This document shows, in pieces, positions 28,598 through 39,043 of a DNA stretch of 64,000 nucleotides; within the stretch, counting starts at the first letter, position 1, and every line of letters starts with the position of its first letter. Source of the stretch: Thermoanaerobaculia bacterium (GTDB lineage Bacteria > Acidobacteriota > Thermoanaerobaculia > UBA5066); the NCBI GenBank assembly GCA_963719225.1, contig CAVRAY010000001.1:3328001-3392000 (forward strand), given 5' to 3'. The notes under the pieces are model-generated. The model was not told the DNA's origin. It ran no database searches and saw nothing but the letters and a program-made list of their open reading frames with translations. A program made the translations under genes and the position numbers.

Positions 28598-31411
28598 ATG
28601 AAAACGCTCTCGCTCCTCGTTCTCCTCCTCGTCGCCGATGCCTCGAGACTGCTCGCGCAGTCGAGCGACCTGTCCATCTCGGCCGGCTCGTCCCCGAACC
28701 CCGTCGCCCTCGGATCGAATCTGACCTACACCATCTCCATCGGTGTTCCTGCCGGAGGCGCAACCGGTCTCACCGTTACGAACGTCCTCCCACCCGGCGT
28801 CACCTACGTCTCCGGCATCCCGAACTGCACGAACAACCAAGGGACGGTCGTGTGTCTTCTCGGGGCGGTCGGCGCCGGCACGGCGACGGCAACGATCGTC
28901 GTCACGCCGACGACCGCCGGGACGATCAAGAACGTCGTCGGCGTGATCGGGAACGAGTACGACCCGAACATGGCCAACAACCATGCAGTGGTCACCACAG
29001 TCGTAGGCCAGCCCGTGCTGCGAGTCATGACGGAGATTACGGAGCTTTGTGTCGCGGCGACAATCCCGTATGTGCCTCAACGCTACCTTTTCGTCGCGGC
29101 GGGCGGGACGCCCCCCTACACGTGGTCGATGTCGGGCCTGCCGACGTGGATGACGTTCGACCCCCTGAAGCGCCAACTCGACATCGGTGCACCACCACTT
29201 GACGTGCCTGCGACGGTTACGTTCACCGCGACGGTCAGCGATGCGGCCGGGAGGAGCACGTCTTTCACGTATAACAACGTGCCGGTCATCTCCAACGGGG
29301 CGAGCTGCGGCCCGATCTTCAAGACGACCGCTGGAGACATCCATTCTTGCCCCGGCGACACGCCGCACCCCTGTTTCAACGCTCAGCGGTTCGACGGTGG
29401 CACCGTGACGAAGAAGTGGCAACAGCTCGGGACGAAGCCGAACGGTGACTGGGGCTGGAACGACGTCCCCGGCGAGACGGCCATGTGTCTGGCCCAGCCC
29501 GCTCCGGGCGGCGGCACGTATCGAATGAACGCGAAGGATCCCTTGACGGCGCGAGAGTCCAACAGCAGCCCCGTCACGATCAGCTTTGGCGATCCGATCC
29601 AGGTCCTGCGCATCTCGGGGGCCGCCAGCGCGTGTCAGGGGAAGAACATCAACCTCAATCAGTACATCGACGCGATCGGAGCGGATCTCAGCATCGCCTT
29701 CGAGGAGAAGCAGGCGGACGGGAGCTGGCTCGGGATCAACCCGACCGTCACGCTCACGAAACCGTCGACCTATCGCGCGCGCCTGACGAGCCCGTGCGTC
29801 GCGCCGGTCGTGAGCGGCACGATGTTCTTCAATGTCCAGCCGCAGCCCACGCTCACGCAGGTTCCGGCGGACAGGACCTTCTGCGCCGGCCAGCCCGTGA
29901 CGCTCACGGCGACGGGGAACGTCTCGGGCGTCTTCACGTGGTACCGCTACGACGCGGGGACCTGGACGAGCATCTTGACCACCTATCCGAACAACACCAC
30001 GACCTCGTCGATAACCCTGACGCCGACGGCCGCGACCACCTACAAGGTCTCGTTCGGGACGTTCACCTGTGGCAGCTTCGACTCGGCGCCGTTCACCCTG
30101 ACGCCAGTCGCACTGCCCGCCATTTCGAGCACCAAGGCCACCCCCGCCGTGACGTGCGCCGGATACCCATCCGATCTCTCGGCCTCGGCCGTGAACGCGA
30201 CGAGCGTGAAGTGGCAGTCGTGGAACGGCACGGCGTACGTCGACATTCCGGGGGCGACCGCCTACACGTATCGCACGCCGATCCTGACGTCGAGCGCCAC
30301 GTACCGGTTCGTGGCGAGCAACTCGTGCGCGACGGTGACGTCGAACGTGTCGGTTAACGTCAATCCGGTGCCTCCGGCCTCCATCACCGGCACGGCCTGC
30401 TCCGTCGCGTCCGGCCAATCATCCAAGCTCACGGCCGTTACCGACATGTCTTATTCGCCGCGCTTCCTGTGGTCGCCGGGCGGGCAGACCACGCAGCAGA
30501 TCACCGTCAGCCCGGCGACGACCACGACCTACACCTGCACGGTTACGATCCCGACGACCGGTTGCTGGAAGGTCGCGAGCTATACAGTCGCGGTCGGCAC
30601 CCAGATCACGACGCCCGTCCTCACCGCGAATCCCGCTAGCGTGTCGGTCTGCGGAGGAGCTCCCGGGACGACGTTGTCCGTCGGGGCGAGCGGGACCCTC
30701 CTGACGTATCAATGGCAGAAGCAAAATCCCGATTCGAGCTGGTCGAACGTCGCGGGGGCGACGGCCGCGAGCTACACGGCGCCAGCCGCCAACGCGGCGT
30801 ATCGCGCCGTCGTCGCGAACAGCTGCGGATCGGTCACGAGCGCGGCGGCGACGGTCACCGTCAGCAGCTCGCAATCCGCCGCGATCGTGACGCCACCCGC
30901 GACCCAGAACTATTGCACGAGCGGAAGTGCCACGCTCTCCGTGGGCGCGACCGGCACGAACCTCACGTACCAATGGCAGTGGCTCAACCAATATTCACAA
31001 TGGGTCACGGGCTACCCGTATCCGTCGATCTCCGCCCCGTCGATCTCCGTCGCTCCGACCGTCCCGACCCAGTTCCGCGTCGTCGTGTCCAACGCGTGCA
31101 ACTCCGTCACGAGCAGCCCGTTCTGGGTCAGCCCCTCGCCCCCCGTGACGATCACCGGGCAACCGACCGGCGGGACGTACTGCGCGAACTACATTTACGC
31201 GAGGCTGACGGTCTACGACACCGGAGCTCCGGACATCACGTATCAATGGCAGGTCGCGACCGACGGCGTCACGTTTACGAACATCGCGAACGCCCGGTCC
31301 AATCAGTACACCGCCCTTACCGGCGGCTACTACCGGTGCGTGTTGACCAGCGCGTGCGGCGCGCTCGTAACGAACGTGGCCGTCGTGGGATATGTGAACT
31401 GCGGGTATTGA
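28598..31411 (+). CDS. secreted DUF11/Ig-like repeat protein
   Basis: Signal peptide, DUF11-like SDLSIS...PNPV..G..LTYTI..DPN.ANN, GGTPPYTWS, repeated TYQWQ...YR.VV.N.CG.VTS Ig modules. Confidence 0.85.
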   Translation: MKTLSLLVLLLVADASRLLAQSSDLSISAGSSPNPVALGSNLTYTISIGVPAGGATGLTVTNVLPPGVTYVSGIPNCTNNQGTVVCLLGAVGAGTATATIVVTPTTAGTIKNVVGVIGNEYDPNMANNHAVVTTVVGQPVLRVMTEITELCVAATIPYVPQRYLFVAAGGTPPYTWSMSGLPTWMTFDPLKRQLDIGAPPLDVPATVTFTATVSDAAGRSTSFTYNNVPVISNGASCGPIFKTTAGDIHSCPGDTPHPCFNAQRFDGGTVTKKWQQLGTKPNGDWGWNDVPGETAMCLAQPAPGGGTYRMNAKDPLTARESNSSPVTISFGDPIQVLRISGAASACQGKNINLNQYIDAIGADLSIAFEEKQADGSWLGINPTVTLTKPSTYRARLTSPCVAPVVSGTMFFNVQPQPTLTQVPADRTFCAGQPVTLTATGNVSGVFTWYRYDAGTWTSILTTYPNNTTTSSITLTPTAATTYKVSFGTFTCGSFDSAPFTLTPVALPAISSTKATPAVTCAGYPSDLSASAVNATSVKWQSWNGTAYVDIPGATAYTYRTPILTSSATYRFVASNSCATVTSNVSVNVNPVPPASITGTACSVASGQSSKLTAVTDMSYSPRFLWSPGGQTTQQITVSPATTTTYTCTVTIPTTGCWKVASYTVAVGTQITTPVLTANPASVSVCGGAPGTTLSVGASGTLLTYQWQKQNPDSSWSNVAGATAASYTAPAANAAYRAVVANSCGSVTSAAATVTVSSSQSAAIVTPPATQNYCTSGSATLSVGATGTNLTYQWQWLNQYSQWVTGYPYPSISAPSISVAPTVPTQFRVVVSNACNSVTSSPFWVSPSPPVTITGQPTGGTYCANYIYARLTVYDTGAPDITYQWQVATDGVTFTNIANARSNQYTALTGGYYRCVLTSACGALVTNVAVVGYVNCGY

Positions 31412-31418
31412 CTGGGCT

Positions 31419-31453
31419 GAAAGGGCGCCCGCCTCATGTCGGGCGCCCCTTTC
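31419..31453 (+). terminator. rho-independent terminator-like hairpin
   Basis: GAAAGGGCGCCC-10 nt-GGGCGCCCCTTTC right after the Ig gene stop. Confidence 0.6.
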
Positions 31454-31547
31454 GTTCGTCCCCATGATCCGCCGTCATGTGAAGCCGGTACTCCGTCCCC
31501 CGATCACGCCGAATCCCGGTGCTAGCATCGTTTCCCTCGGAGGACGC

Positions 31548-33146
31548 ATGACTCCATCCCGCCGTGAGTTCTTGAAGGGCTGCGCTTCGGGCGCGGCCGC
31601 CTGGGCGGCGATCGAGCTCGTCCCCGGCGAATTCCTGATCTCCCGGTCGGAGGCGGCGATGCTGCCTCCCGAGAAGCTGAAGGAGCTCGCCGCTTTCGCC
31701 CTCGAGCGGGCGAAGAAGGAAGGGGCGACGTACGCGGACGTGAGGATCAACCGCTACCGGAGCCAGGTCGTGACGCTGCGCTCCCAGACCGACCTCGCGA
31801 CCGGGAAGCTCAACCACGTCCCGGCCGTCTCGGACTCGGAGACCTTCGGCTTCGGGATCCGCGTCCTCTCGGCCGGCGCCTGGGGCTTTTCGGCCTCTCA
31901 CCTCGTCACGAAGGACGAGATCGCGCGCGCGGCGAAGGAGGCCGTCGGGATCGCGAAGGCAAACGCGCCACTCCTTCAGGAGCCCGTGCGCCTCGCGCCG
32001 GTTCCGGCCTACACGGACTCGTACGCGACGCCGCTCGCTCAGGACCCGTTCTCGGTCCCGATCGCCGAGAAGCTCGATCTCCTGCGCCGCGCGAGCGAGG
32101 AGGCGAAGAAGGTGCCCGGCGTCTTTTCCACGAACGGCTTCGTCGCGCAGCGCGTCGAGTACCGGTTCTTCGCCTCGACCGAGGGGAGCGTTATCACGCA
32201 GACGGTCTTCCAGATCTCCCCCGAGTTCTCCGCGACCGCCGTGGAGCGCGGGCGCAAGACGAAGACGCGCACGTACCGCCCGAACGCGTCGACGGCCGGT
32301 TACGAGGTCGTCACGCGCGCGGACCTCGCCGGAAACGCGCGGCGCGTGGGCGAGGAGGTCGTCAACCACCTCAAGGCGCCGTCCGTGGCGCCGGGAAAGA
32401 AAGACCTCGTCCTCCTCCCCACGCATCTCGCCCTCACGATCCACGAGTCGATCGGGCATTCGACCGAGCTCGACCGCGCGCTCGGCTTCGAGGCGAATTA
32501 CGCGGGCACGTCGTTCCTCACGACGGACAAGCTCGGGACGTTCCGCGTCGGCGCGGACCTCGTGAATTTCAACGGCGACCGGATCCGCAAGGAGAGCCTG
32601 TCGACGTGCGGCTAGGACGACGACGGCGTCAAGACGCGCCAGTTCCCGATCATCAGGAACGGGATCTTCGTCGGCTACCAGACGATCCGCGACCAGGCCC
32701 ACCTGATCGGACAGAAGGAATCCATGGGCTGCTGCTACGCGGACTCCTACGCCTCGGTCCCATTCCAGCGCATGCCGAACGTCTGGCTCGAGCACGGCAA
32801 GGACGGCGCGACACTCCAGGACCTCGTCTCGGGCGTCGACGACGGCGTCCTGATCGACGGCCGCGGGTCATACTCCATCGACCACCAGCGCTACAACTTC
32901 CAGTTCGGCGGCGACGCGTTCTGGGAGATCAAGGGCGGGAAGGTCGGCGCGATGATCGCGGACGTCGCCTACCAGAGCCGGACGCCGGACTTCTGGCAGG
33001 CGTGCGACCGCATCGCGGGCGAGGCCGCGTGGGAGAACGTCGGACTGAACGCGGACGGCAAGGGCGAGCCAGGCCAGATCAACGCGATGAGCCACGGCTG
33101 CTCTCCGTCGCGGTTCCGGCAGATCAACGTCCTGAGGACGGAGTAG
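31548..33146 (+). pseudogene. tldD: TldD family metalloprotease with Tat signal, interrupted by in-frame TAG at 32613-32615
   Basis: SRREFLK Tat motif, HESIGH metal site; frame continues TCG*DDDGVK..QRMPNV..GSYSIDHQRYNFQFGG..SHGC to TAG 33146. Confidence 0.8.
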
Positions 33147-33150
33147 CGCG

Positions 33151-34515
33151 ATGAGCTGGACGAAACAGGACGCGAAGACGCTCGCCGACCGGATCCTCTC
33201 CTCCTCGAAGGCGAAAGAGTGCGAGGTCGCCCTCGCCGAGACGTCGCTCGTGCACACGCGGTTCGCCGCGAACGAGATCACGACCTCGGGCGCGGCGCGC
33301 GACCTTTCGGTCTCGATCACGAGCCGAGGCGGGGGAAAAAGCGGGAGCGTCCGCGTCAACGACCTCGATCCGGAGGCGCTCCGCAAGGCCGTGGCGCTGA
33401 GCGAGGAGCTCATGCGCGCCGCGACACCGGACCCGGAGTCCGTCGACGGCCTCGGGCCGCAGACGTACCCGGAGATCCGCTCGTTCCACGAGGACACGGC
33501 GCGCGCGGGCGCGGCCGAACACCGCCCCGGTATCAAGGCCGCTCTGGACGAAGCGCGCGCGCGAAAGCTGACCGCTTCGGGTTTCTCGGAGACGATCGTC
33601 ACGACCTCCGCGATCGCGAACAGGAAAGGCAACTTCGGATTCCACGTGGGGAGCACGGCGACGTATTCGACGACGATGCGCACGGCGGACGGCACGGGCT
33701 CCGGGTGGGCCGGATTCGACTCTCCCCGATTCGGGGACGTCAAAGCCGCCGATCTCGCGGCGCGCGCGGCGAAAAAGGCGCAGGCCAGCGCTTCGCCTAA
33801 GGAGCTGCCGCCCGGTGCGTACACGGTCATCCTCGAGCCGCGCGCCGTCGCGGACCTCCTCGGCAGCCTGTTCTTCTCGTTCTCCCGCCGGCTCGTCGAC
33901 GAGGGGCGGAGCTTCCTGTCCAAGCCGGGCGGTGGGAACCGGATCGGCGAGCGGGTCTTCGCGCCGAGCGTCACGCTGCGGTCGGACCCCTTCGACCCGA
34001 GGCTCGCGGGACGCCCGTGGATCGCGGGGAGCGGCGGCGGATTCCTCGGTTTCGGCGGCTTCGGGGGCGGCGGGACCGCGGGACTTCCGGCGAGGAAGAC
34101 GACGTGGGTCGAGAAGGGCGTCGTCAGGAACGTTCCCGTCGACCGTTACTGGGCCGCGAAGCAGAAGCTCGAGGCGCTTCCCAACTCGGGCAGTACGGTC
34201 CTGGAGGGCGGGTCGGGGTCCCTCGAAGGGCTCATCGCCGGAACGGAGCGCGGCCTTCTCGTGACGCACTTCTTCTACATCCGCTCCGTGAACCCGCAGA
34301 ACGTCCAGCTCACGGGTCTCACGCGCGACGGCCTGTGGCTCGTCGAGAAGGGCAAGGTCGTCGCTCCGGTCCGGAACTTCCGGTTCAACGACAGCCCCGT
34401 GAACGTCCTGAAGAACGTCGAGGCGATGAGCGCGTCCGTGCCGGTCGGAAGCATGATCGCGCCCGCGATCCGCGCCCGCGACTTCAAGTTCACGTCCAAG
34501 AGCGACGCGGTCTAG
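33151..34515 (+). CDS. TldD/PmbA family protein (PmbA/TldE-like partner)
   Basis: TRFAANEIT, LPPGAYTVILEP.AV, TGLTRDG, NFRFNDSP; no HExxxH; 4 bp downstream of tldD. Confidence 0.88.
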   Translation: MSWTKQDAKTLADRILSSSKAKECEVALAETSLVHTRFAANEITTSGAARDLSVSITSRGGGKSGSVRVNDLDPEALRKAVALSEELMRAATPDPESVDGLGPQTYPEIRSFHEDTARAGAAEHRPGIKAALDEARARKLTASGFSETIVTTSAIANRKGNFGFHVGSTATYSTTMRTADGTGSGWAGFDSPRFGDVKAADLAARAAKKAQASASPKELPPGAYTVILEPRAVADLLGSLFFSFSRRLVDEGRSFLSKPGGGNRIGERVFAPSVTLRSDPFDPRLAGRPWIAGSGGGFLGFGGFGGGGTAGLPARKTTWVEKGVVRNVPVDRYWAAKQKLEALPNSGSTVLEGGSGSLEGLIAGTERGLLVTHFFYIRSVNPQNVQLTGLTRDGLWLVEKGKVVAPVRNFRFNDSPVNVLKNVEAMSASVPVGSMIAPAIRARDFKFTSKSDAV

Positions 34516-34540
34516 GACGGACGGCCCGGGAGCGATCGGC

Positions 34541-35230
34541 GTGGCGGACGAGATCGAGGTGGTCCTCTCCGTCGAGGTCCCCTTCCGCCTCCTCGCCGCC
34601 GGCGCGACGGAAGGTCCCGGACCTGCCCCGATCCTCATCGGCATGCACGGCTACGGGCAGGACGCCGGTTCGCTCCTCCCCGTCCTCCTCGGAGTCGCTC
34701 CGCCGGGGGCACTCGTCCTCTCTTTGGAAGGACCCGAGTCGGCTTATCTCGAGGGCACGAACACCTCCGAGCCGAAGCGCGGCTTCCACTGGGGCGTCTC
34801 GACGCGTCCGGACGACAACCGCGCCGTGCACCGCGCCTGCGTCGCCGCGGCGATCTCGTGGGCGAGCGCGCACGGGGGCGACGCGAAGCGCGTGCTTCTC
34901 TTCGGCTTCAGCCAGCCGTGCTCCTTCAACTATCGCCTCGCGCTCGCGCCGCCTCACGGTGTTCCGTTCCGTGCGATCGCGGGGATCTGCGGCGGGATTC
35001 CCGGGGAGTGGAAGGAGAACGATCCGGGCACGCCGGCTTCGCGCCAAACGGACGTCCTCCACGTCTCGACACGCGAGGACGAGATCTACACCGTCGAAAA
35101 GATCGCTCCTTACCGCGAGCGACTCGCGTCGCGATTCCGCTCGGCGGCGCACAGCCTTTACGAGGGCGGCCACCGCATCCCCTCCGCCTCCGCCGGCGAG
35201 GTCCGAGCGTTTCTCGCGGCCCGCGCGTGA
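34541..35230 (+). CDS. phospholipase/carboxylesterase family alpha/beta hydrolase
   Basis: GMHGYGQ, GFSQP nucleophile elbow, D..Y, GGH. Confidence 0.8.
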   Translation: MADEIEVVLSVEVPFRLLAAGATEGPGPAPILIGMHGYGQDAGSLLPVLLGVAPPGALVLSLEGPESAYLEGTNTSEPKRGFHWGVSTRPDDNRAVHRACVAAAISWASAHGGDAKRVLLFGFSQPCSFNYRLALAPPHGVPFRAIAGICGGIPGEWKENDPGTPASRQTDVLHVSTREDEIYTVEKIAPYRERLASRFRSAAHSLYEGGHRIPSASAGEVRAFLAARA

Positions 35231-35319
35231 GGAGGCCGGAGTCCCGGAATGAAGCATCCGCACCGTCGCGAGCCCCTCCGGTGGCCGTCTACAATCGCAG
35301 GCTGCCTTTCGGAGGGCTC

Positions 35320-38133
35320 ATGAGCGACAGTTTCAAGACGAAAACCCGCCTCACCGCCGGCGGAAAGACCTATGACATCTTCAGCCTGAAAGCTTTCGAG
35401 AAGACGGTTCCCCAGGCCGCGCACCTCCCCTTCTCCCTCAGGATCCTTCTCGAGAACCTCCTCCGCAACGAGGACGGGCGCACGGTCACGAAGGAAGACG
35501 TCCTCGCGCTCGCGAACCGCGACGCGAAGGTCACATCCGAAAAGGAGATCGCCTTCACCCCCGCGCGGGTCCTCCTCCAGGACTTCACGGGCGTGCCCGC
35601 GGTCGTAGACCTCGCCGCGATGCGCGAGGCGCTCGTGTCGCTCGGCGGAAACGCGGAGAAGATCAACCCGCTCGCGCCGGCCGACCTCGTCATCGACCAC
35701 TCGGTGCAGGTGGACGAGTTCGCGAGCCCCGGAGCGTTCGCGACGAACGCGGGGCTCGAGTTCCAGCGCAACGAGGAGCGTTACGCCTTTCTCCGGTGGG
35801 GGCAGGGCGCGTTCCGAAACTTCCGCGTCGTGCCGCCCGACACCGGCATCTGCCACCAGGTGAACCTCGAGTACCTCGCGAGCGTCGTCTTCCGTTCCGA
35901 GAGCGGCCTCGCGTATCCCGATACGCTCGTCGGGACGGACAGCCACACGACGATGATCAACGGCCTCGGCGTCCTCGGGTGGGGCGTGGGCGGCATCGAG
36001 GCCGAGGCCGCTCTGCTGGGCCAGCCGCAGTCGATGCTCATTCCGGACGTCGTCGGCTTCCGCCTCCACGGCCAGCTTCCCTCCGGCGCCACCGCGACCG
36101 ACCTCGTCCTCACCGTCACGCAGATGCTCCGCAAGAAAGGCGTCGTCGGGAAGTTCGTGGAGTTCTACGGCCCCGGCATCTCCGCGCTCGCGCTGACGGA
36201 CCGCGCGACGATCGCGAACATGGCGCCCGAGTACGGCGCGACGATGGGCTTCTTTCCCGTGGACGAGGAGACCCTCTCGTATCTCAAATTCACGGGCCGG
36301 CCAGCCGACCTCGTGGCCCTCGTCGAGGCGTACACGAAAGAACAGGGCCTCTTCCGCACGGACGCCACGCCCGAGCCCGGATTCACGAGCACGATCGAGC
36401 TAGACCTCGCCACGGTCGAGCCCTCGCTCGCGGGCCCGCGGCGGCCGCAGGACCGGGTGCCGCTCAAGAACAGCAAGAGAATATTTCGGGAGAATTTGAA
36501 GATTTTCCTGGAAAAGGAATGCGCCAACGTCAGTCCAACAGTGATTGGACAGTGGCTTGCGGAAGGCGGCGATGGCGGCGTCACGGCCGCCAACGGAGCT
36601 GCCCCGGCCGCCCCCCCCGCCGCGGCCTCCCCCTCTTCCCTTTCTAAGCAGAATTCTCTTGGTGCTCTTTCCAGAACCGCACAAGTGAAGATCGGACAAA
36701 GCACCCATGAGCTCCCCCACGGAGCCGTCGTCATCGCGGCGATCACGTCGTGCACGAACACGTCGAACCCGTCCGTCATGCTCGGCGCGGGCCTTCTCGC
36801 GCAGAAGGCCGTCGCGAAGGGCCTCACGACGAAACCGTGGGTGAAGACGTCGCTCGCGCCCGGCTCGAAGGTCGTCACCGATTACCTGAAGGAAGCCGGG
36901 CTCACCCCCGCGCTCGACGCCCTCGGCTTCAACCTCGTGGGGTACGGCTGCACGACGTGCATCGGCAATTCGGGCCCGCTCCTGGAAGCGGTCTCGGAGG
37001 CGGTGCGCGCGGGCGACCTCGTCGCGGCGGCCGTGCTTTCGGGAAACCGCAATTTCGAAGGGCGCATCAACCCGCAGGTCAAGATGAACTATCTCGCGTC
37101 GCCGCCCCTCGTCGTGGCTTACGCGCTCGCGGGAAGGATGGACATCGACCTCATGAAGGAGCCGCTCGGAACCGGAAAGGACGGCAAGCCCGTCTTCCTG
37201 TCGGACATCTGGCCGTCACCCGAGGAGGTTCGGGCCACGTTGGCTAAGGCCGTGAGGCCCGAGCAGTTCAAGAAGGCCTATGGCGAAGTCTTCGACGGTG
37301 ACGCGCGCTGGCACGGTCTCGAGGTGCCCAAGGGCCGGACGTACCAGTGGGACGCGGCCTCGACGTACGTGAGGAAGCCGCCGTTCTTCGAGGACATTCC
37401 GAAAGCCCCGGGCGCCCTCCAGGACATTCACGGCGCTCGCGCTCTCGCCGTTCTCGGCGATTCGGTCACGACGGACCACATCTCGCCCGCCGGCTCGATC
37501 GCCAAGGCCTCGCCCGCCGCGCGGTACCTCACGGACCACAAGGTCGATCCGAAGGATTTCAACTCCTATGGCTCCCGCCGCGGGAACCACGAAGTGATGA
37601 TGCGCGGCACGTTCGGGAATATCCGCCTGAGAAACCTGCTCGTCCCCGGGAGCGAGGGGAACGTGACGATGCATCTCGGCAGCGGAGAGCAGATGCCTAT
37701 CTACGACGCGTCGATGAAGTACCAGGCCGAGAAGACCCCGCTCGTCGTCCTCGCCGGCGCGGAATACGGCACGGGCTCGTCACGCGACTGGGCCGCGAAG
37801 GGCACGATGCTCCTCGGCGTCAAGGCCGTCGTCGCGAAGAGCTTCGAGCGCATCCATCGCGCGAACCTCGCGGGCATGGGCGTCCTCCCGCTGCAGTTCG
37901 AGGCGGGCGAGGACGTGAACACGCTCGGCCTCACCGGGCGCGAGACGTTCGAGATCGCGGGCATCGCCGAAGGGCTCAAGCCCCGCAAGAAGGCCACGGT
38001 CACGGCCACCTCCGAGGACGGGAAGAAGAAGACGTTCACCGTCACGGTGCGCCTCGACACGCCGAACGAGGTCGACTACTACCGCCACGGAGGCATCCTG
38101 ACGTACGTCCTGAGACAGCTCGCGGCGGCCTAG
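35320..38133 (+). CDS. acnA: aconitate hydratase A
   Basis: [60 protein letters not shown]; GGAGG SD before ATG 35320. Confidence 0.97.
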   Translation: MSDSFKTKTRLTAGGKTYDIFSLKAFEKTVPQAAHLPFSLRILLENLLRNEDGRTVTKEDVLALANRDAKVTSEKEIAFTPARVLLQDFTGVPAVVDLAAMREALVSLGGNAEKINPLAPADLVIDHSVQVDEFASPGAFATNAGLEFQRNEERYAFLRWGQGAFRNFRVVPPDTGICHQVNLEYLASVVFRSESGLAYPDTLVGTDSHTTMINGLGVLGWGVGGIEAEAALLGQPQSMLIPDVVGFRLHGQLPSGATATDLVLTVTQMLRKKGVVGKFVEFYGPGISALALTDRATIANMAPEYGATMGFFPVDEETLSYLKFTGRPADLVALVEAYTKEQGLFRTDATPEPGFTSTIELDLATVEPSLAGPRRPQDRVPLKNSKRIFRENLKIFLEKECANVSPTVIGQWLAEGGDGGVTAANGAAPAAPPAAASPSSLSKQNSLGALSRTAQVKIGQSTHELPHGAVVIAAITSCTNTSNPSVMLGAGLLAQKAVAKGLTTKPWVKTSLAPGSKVVTDYLKEAGLTPALDALGFNLVGYGCTTCIGNSGPLLEAVSEAVRAGDLVAAAVLSGNRNFEGRINPQVKMNYLASPPLVVAYALAGRMDIDLMKEPLGTGKDGKPVFLSDIWPSPEEVRATLAKAVRPEQFKKAYGEVFDGDARWHGLEVPKGRTYQWDAASTYVRKPPFFEDIPKAPGALQDIHGARALAVLGDSVTTDHISPAGSIAKASPAARYLTDHKVDPKDFNSYGSRRGNHEVMMRGTFGNIRLRNLLVPGSEGNVTMHLGSGEQMPIYDASMKYQAEKTPLVVLAGAEYGTGSSRDWAAKGTMLLGVKAVVAKSFERIHRANLAGMGVLPLQFEAGEDVNTLGLTGRETFEIAGIAEGLKPRKKATVTATSEDGKKKTFTVTVRLDTPNEVDYYRHGGILTYVLRQLAAA

Positions 38134-38612
38134 TCGAGACGCGCTTCCATGAAGCGCGTTCCCTCGATCGGATGGTCGTTGTACGGAGGGATGTCGACGA
38201 ACCCGAGCGAGACGTAGAGAGCCTGCGCCTCGCGCATCGAAGGCAGGGTGTCGAGGCGGATCGCGCGGTAGCCCGCCGCCCGGGCTTCGGAGAGGACGGC
38301 CTCCGCCAGGCGCCGTCCCAGGCGCATGCCGCGAAAGCCGGGGCGTACCCAGAGCCTCTTCATCTCGCAGATCCCGTCTTCCAGCTTCCGGAGCGCGACG
38401 CATCCGGCGGGCTCGTCGCCCGAGAAGGCCAGGAGCAGCCGCCCCTCGGGCGCCGCGTACGCGCCCGGCAGCGAGGCGACCTCCTCGTCGAAATTCTGGA
38501 AGCAGAGCGAAATCCCGAGCGCCTTCTCGTATTCGATGAACAGCCCGCGCACCGTCTCCACGTCCGCGAAGGAAGTCGCCTGCCGAAACGAGAGCGATGC
38601 GGGGGTTGCCAC
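38130..38612 (-). CDS. GNAT family N-acetyltransferase
   Basis: [34 protein letters not shown]. Confidence 0.9.
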   Translation of the reverse strand: MATPASLSFRQATSFADVETVRGLFIEYEKALGISLCFQNFDEEVASLPGAYAAPEGRLLLAFSGDEPAGCVALRKLEDGICEMKRLWVRPGFRGMRLGRRLAEAVLSEARAAGYRAIRLDTLPSMREAQALYVSLGFVDIPPYNDHPIEGTRFMEARLD

Positions 38613-38621
38613 GGCGCCGAG

Positions 38622-38993
38622 CTACGGGGCCTTCCGCTGCAGGGTGCCGCTCTTGCCGTACTGCAGCTTTCCGCGCGTCCAGACGTTGACGTCATAGGTC
38701 CCGCCGGCACAGTCGGCCCCGGCTCTCAACGTGATCTCGATCTTGCGGTTCGATTCCGAGCTCGAAACGTTCGCCTGCTCGCCCGCATTCACGGCGAGGT
38801 TCGGCGCCGCGAGGACCTGGTTCGATTCGGGGTCGCGAATCTCGACGCTGACGAAGCACGCTCCGCCCTGCTTGGAGGGCTTGTCGATCGTTGCCACGAC
38901 TTTCGGCTCGGGCGTCGGCGGCGACTCCGCTGCGAGCGCAAACGCGCCGAGCGCGAATCCGAGAAGGAGGGCGATGACCCGCGATCCGCTCAT
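38622..38993 (-). CDS. small exported hypothetical protein
   Basis: Signal peptide, beta-rich 123 aa with two Cys; co-oriented with the GNAT gene. Confidence 0.65.
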   Translation of the reverse strand: MSGSRVIALLLGFALGAFALAAESPPTPEPKVVATIDKPSKQGGACFVSVEIRDPESNQVLAAPNLAVNAGEQANVSSSESNRKIEITLRAGADCAGGTYDVNVWTRGKLQYGKSGTLQRKAP

Positions 38994-39043
38994 GCCAGCG
39001 ATTCTATAAAGACCCCCGAATCGTGAGGTAATCTCCGCGTCAC

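Noticed and set aside
18705-31411. CHAT-RHS cluster as a mobile element or prophage
   Set aside because: Codon usage looks somewhat different from the flanks, but there is no integrase, transposase, phage gene or flanking direct repeat
32613-32615. Genome-wide TAG reassignment or pyrrolysine as explanation of the tldD stop
   Set aside because: TAG ends many genes here at their expected C-termini (e.g. 4663, 34515, 38133, 49068, 57112), the position is normally Tyr/Phe, and no pyl genes are in the window
34858-35319. N-terminal extension of acnA in the ORF track
   Set aside because: It overlaps the hydrolase gene in another frame; SD and homology support ATG 35320
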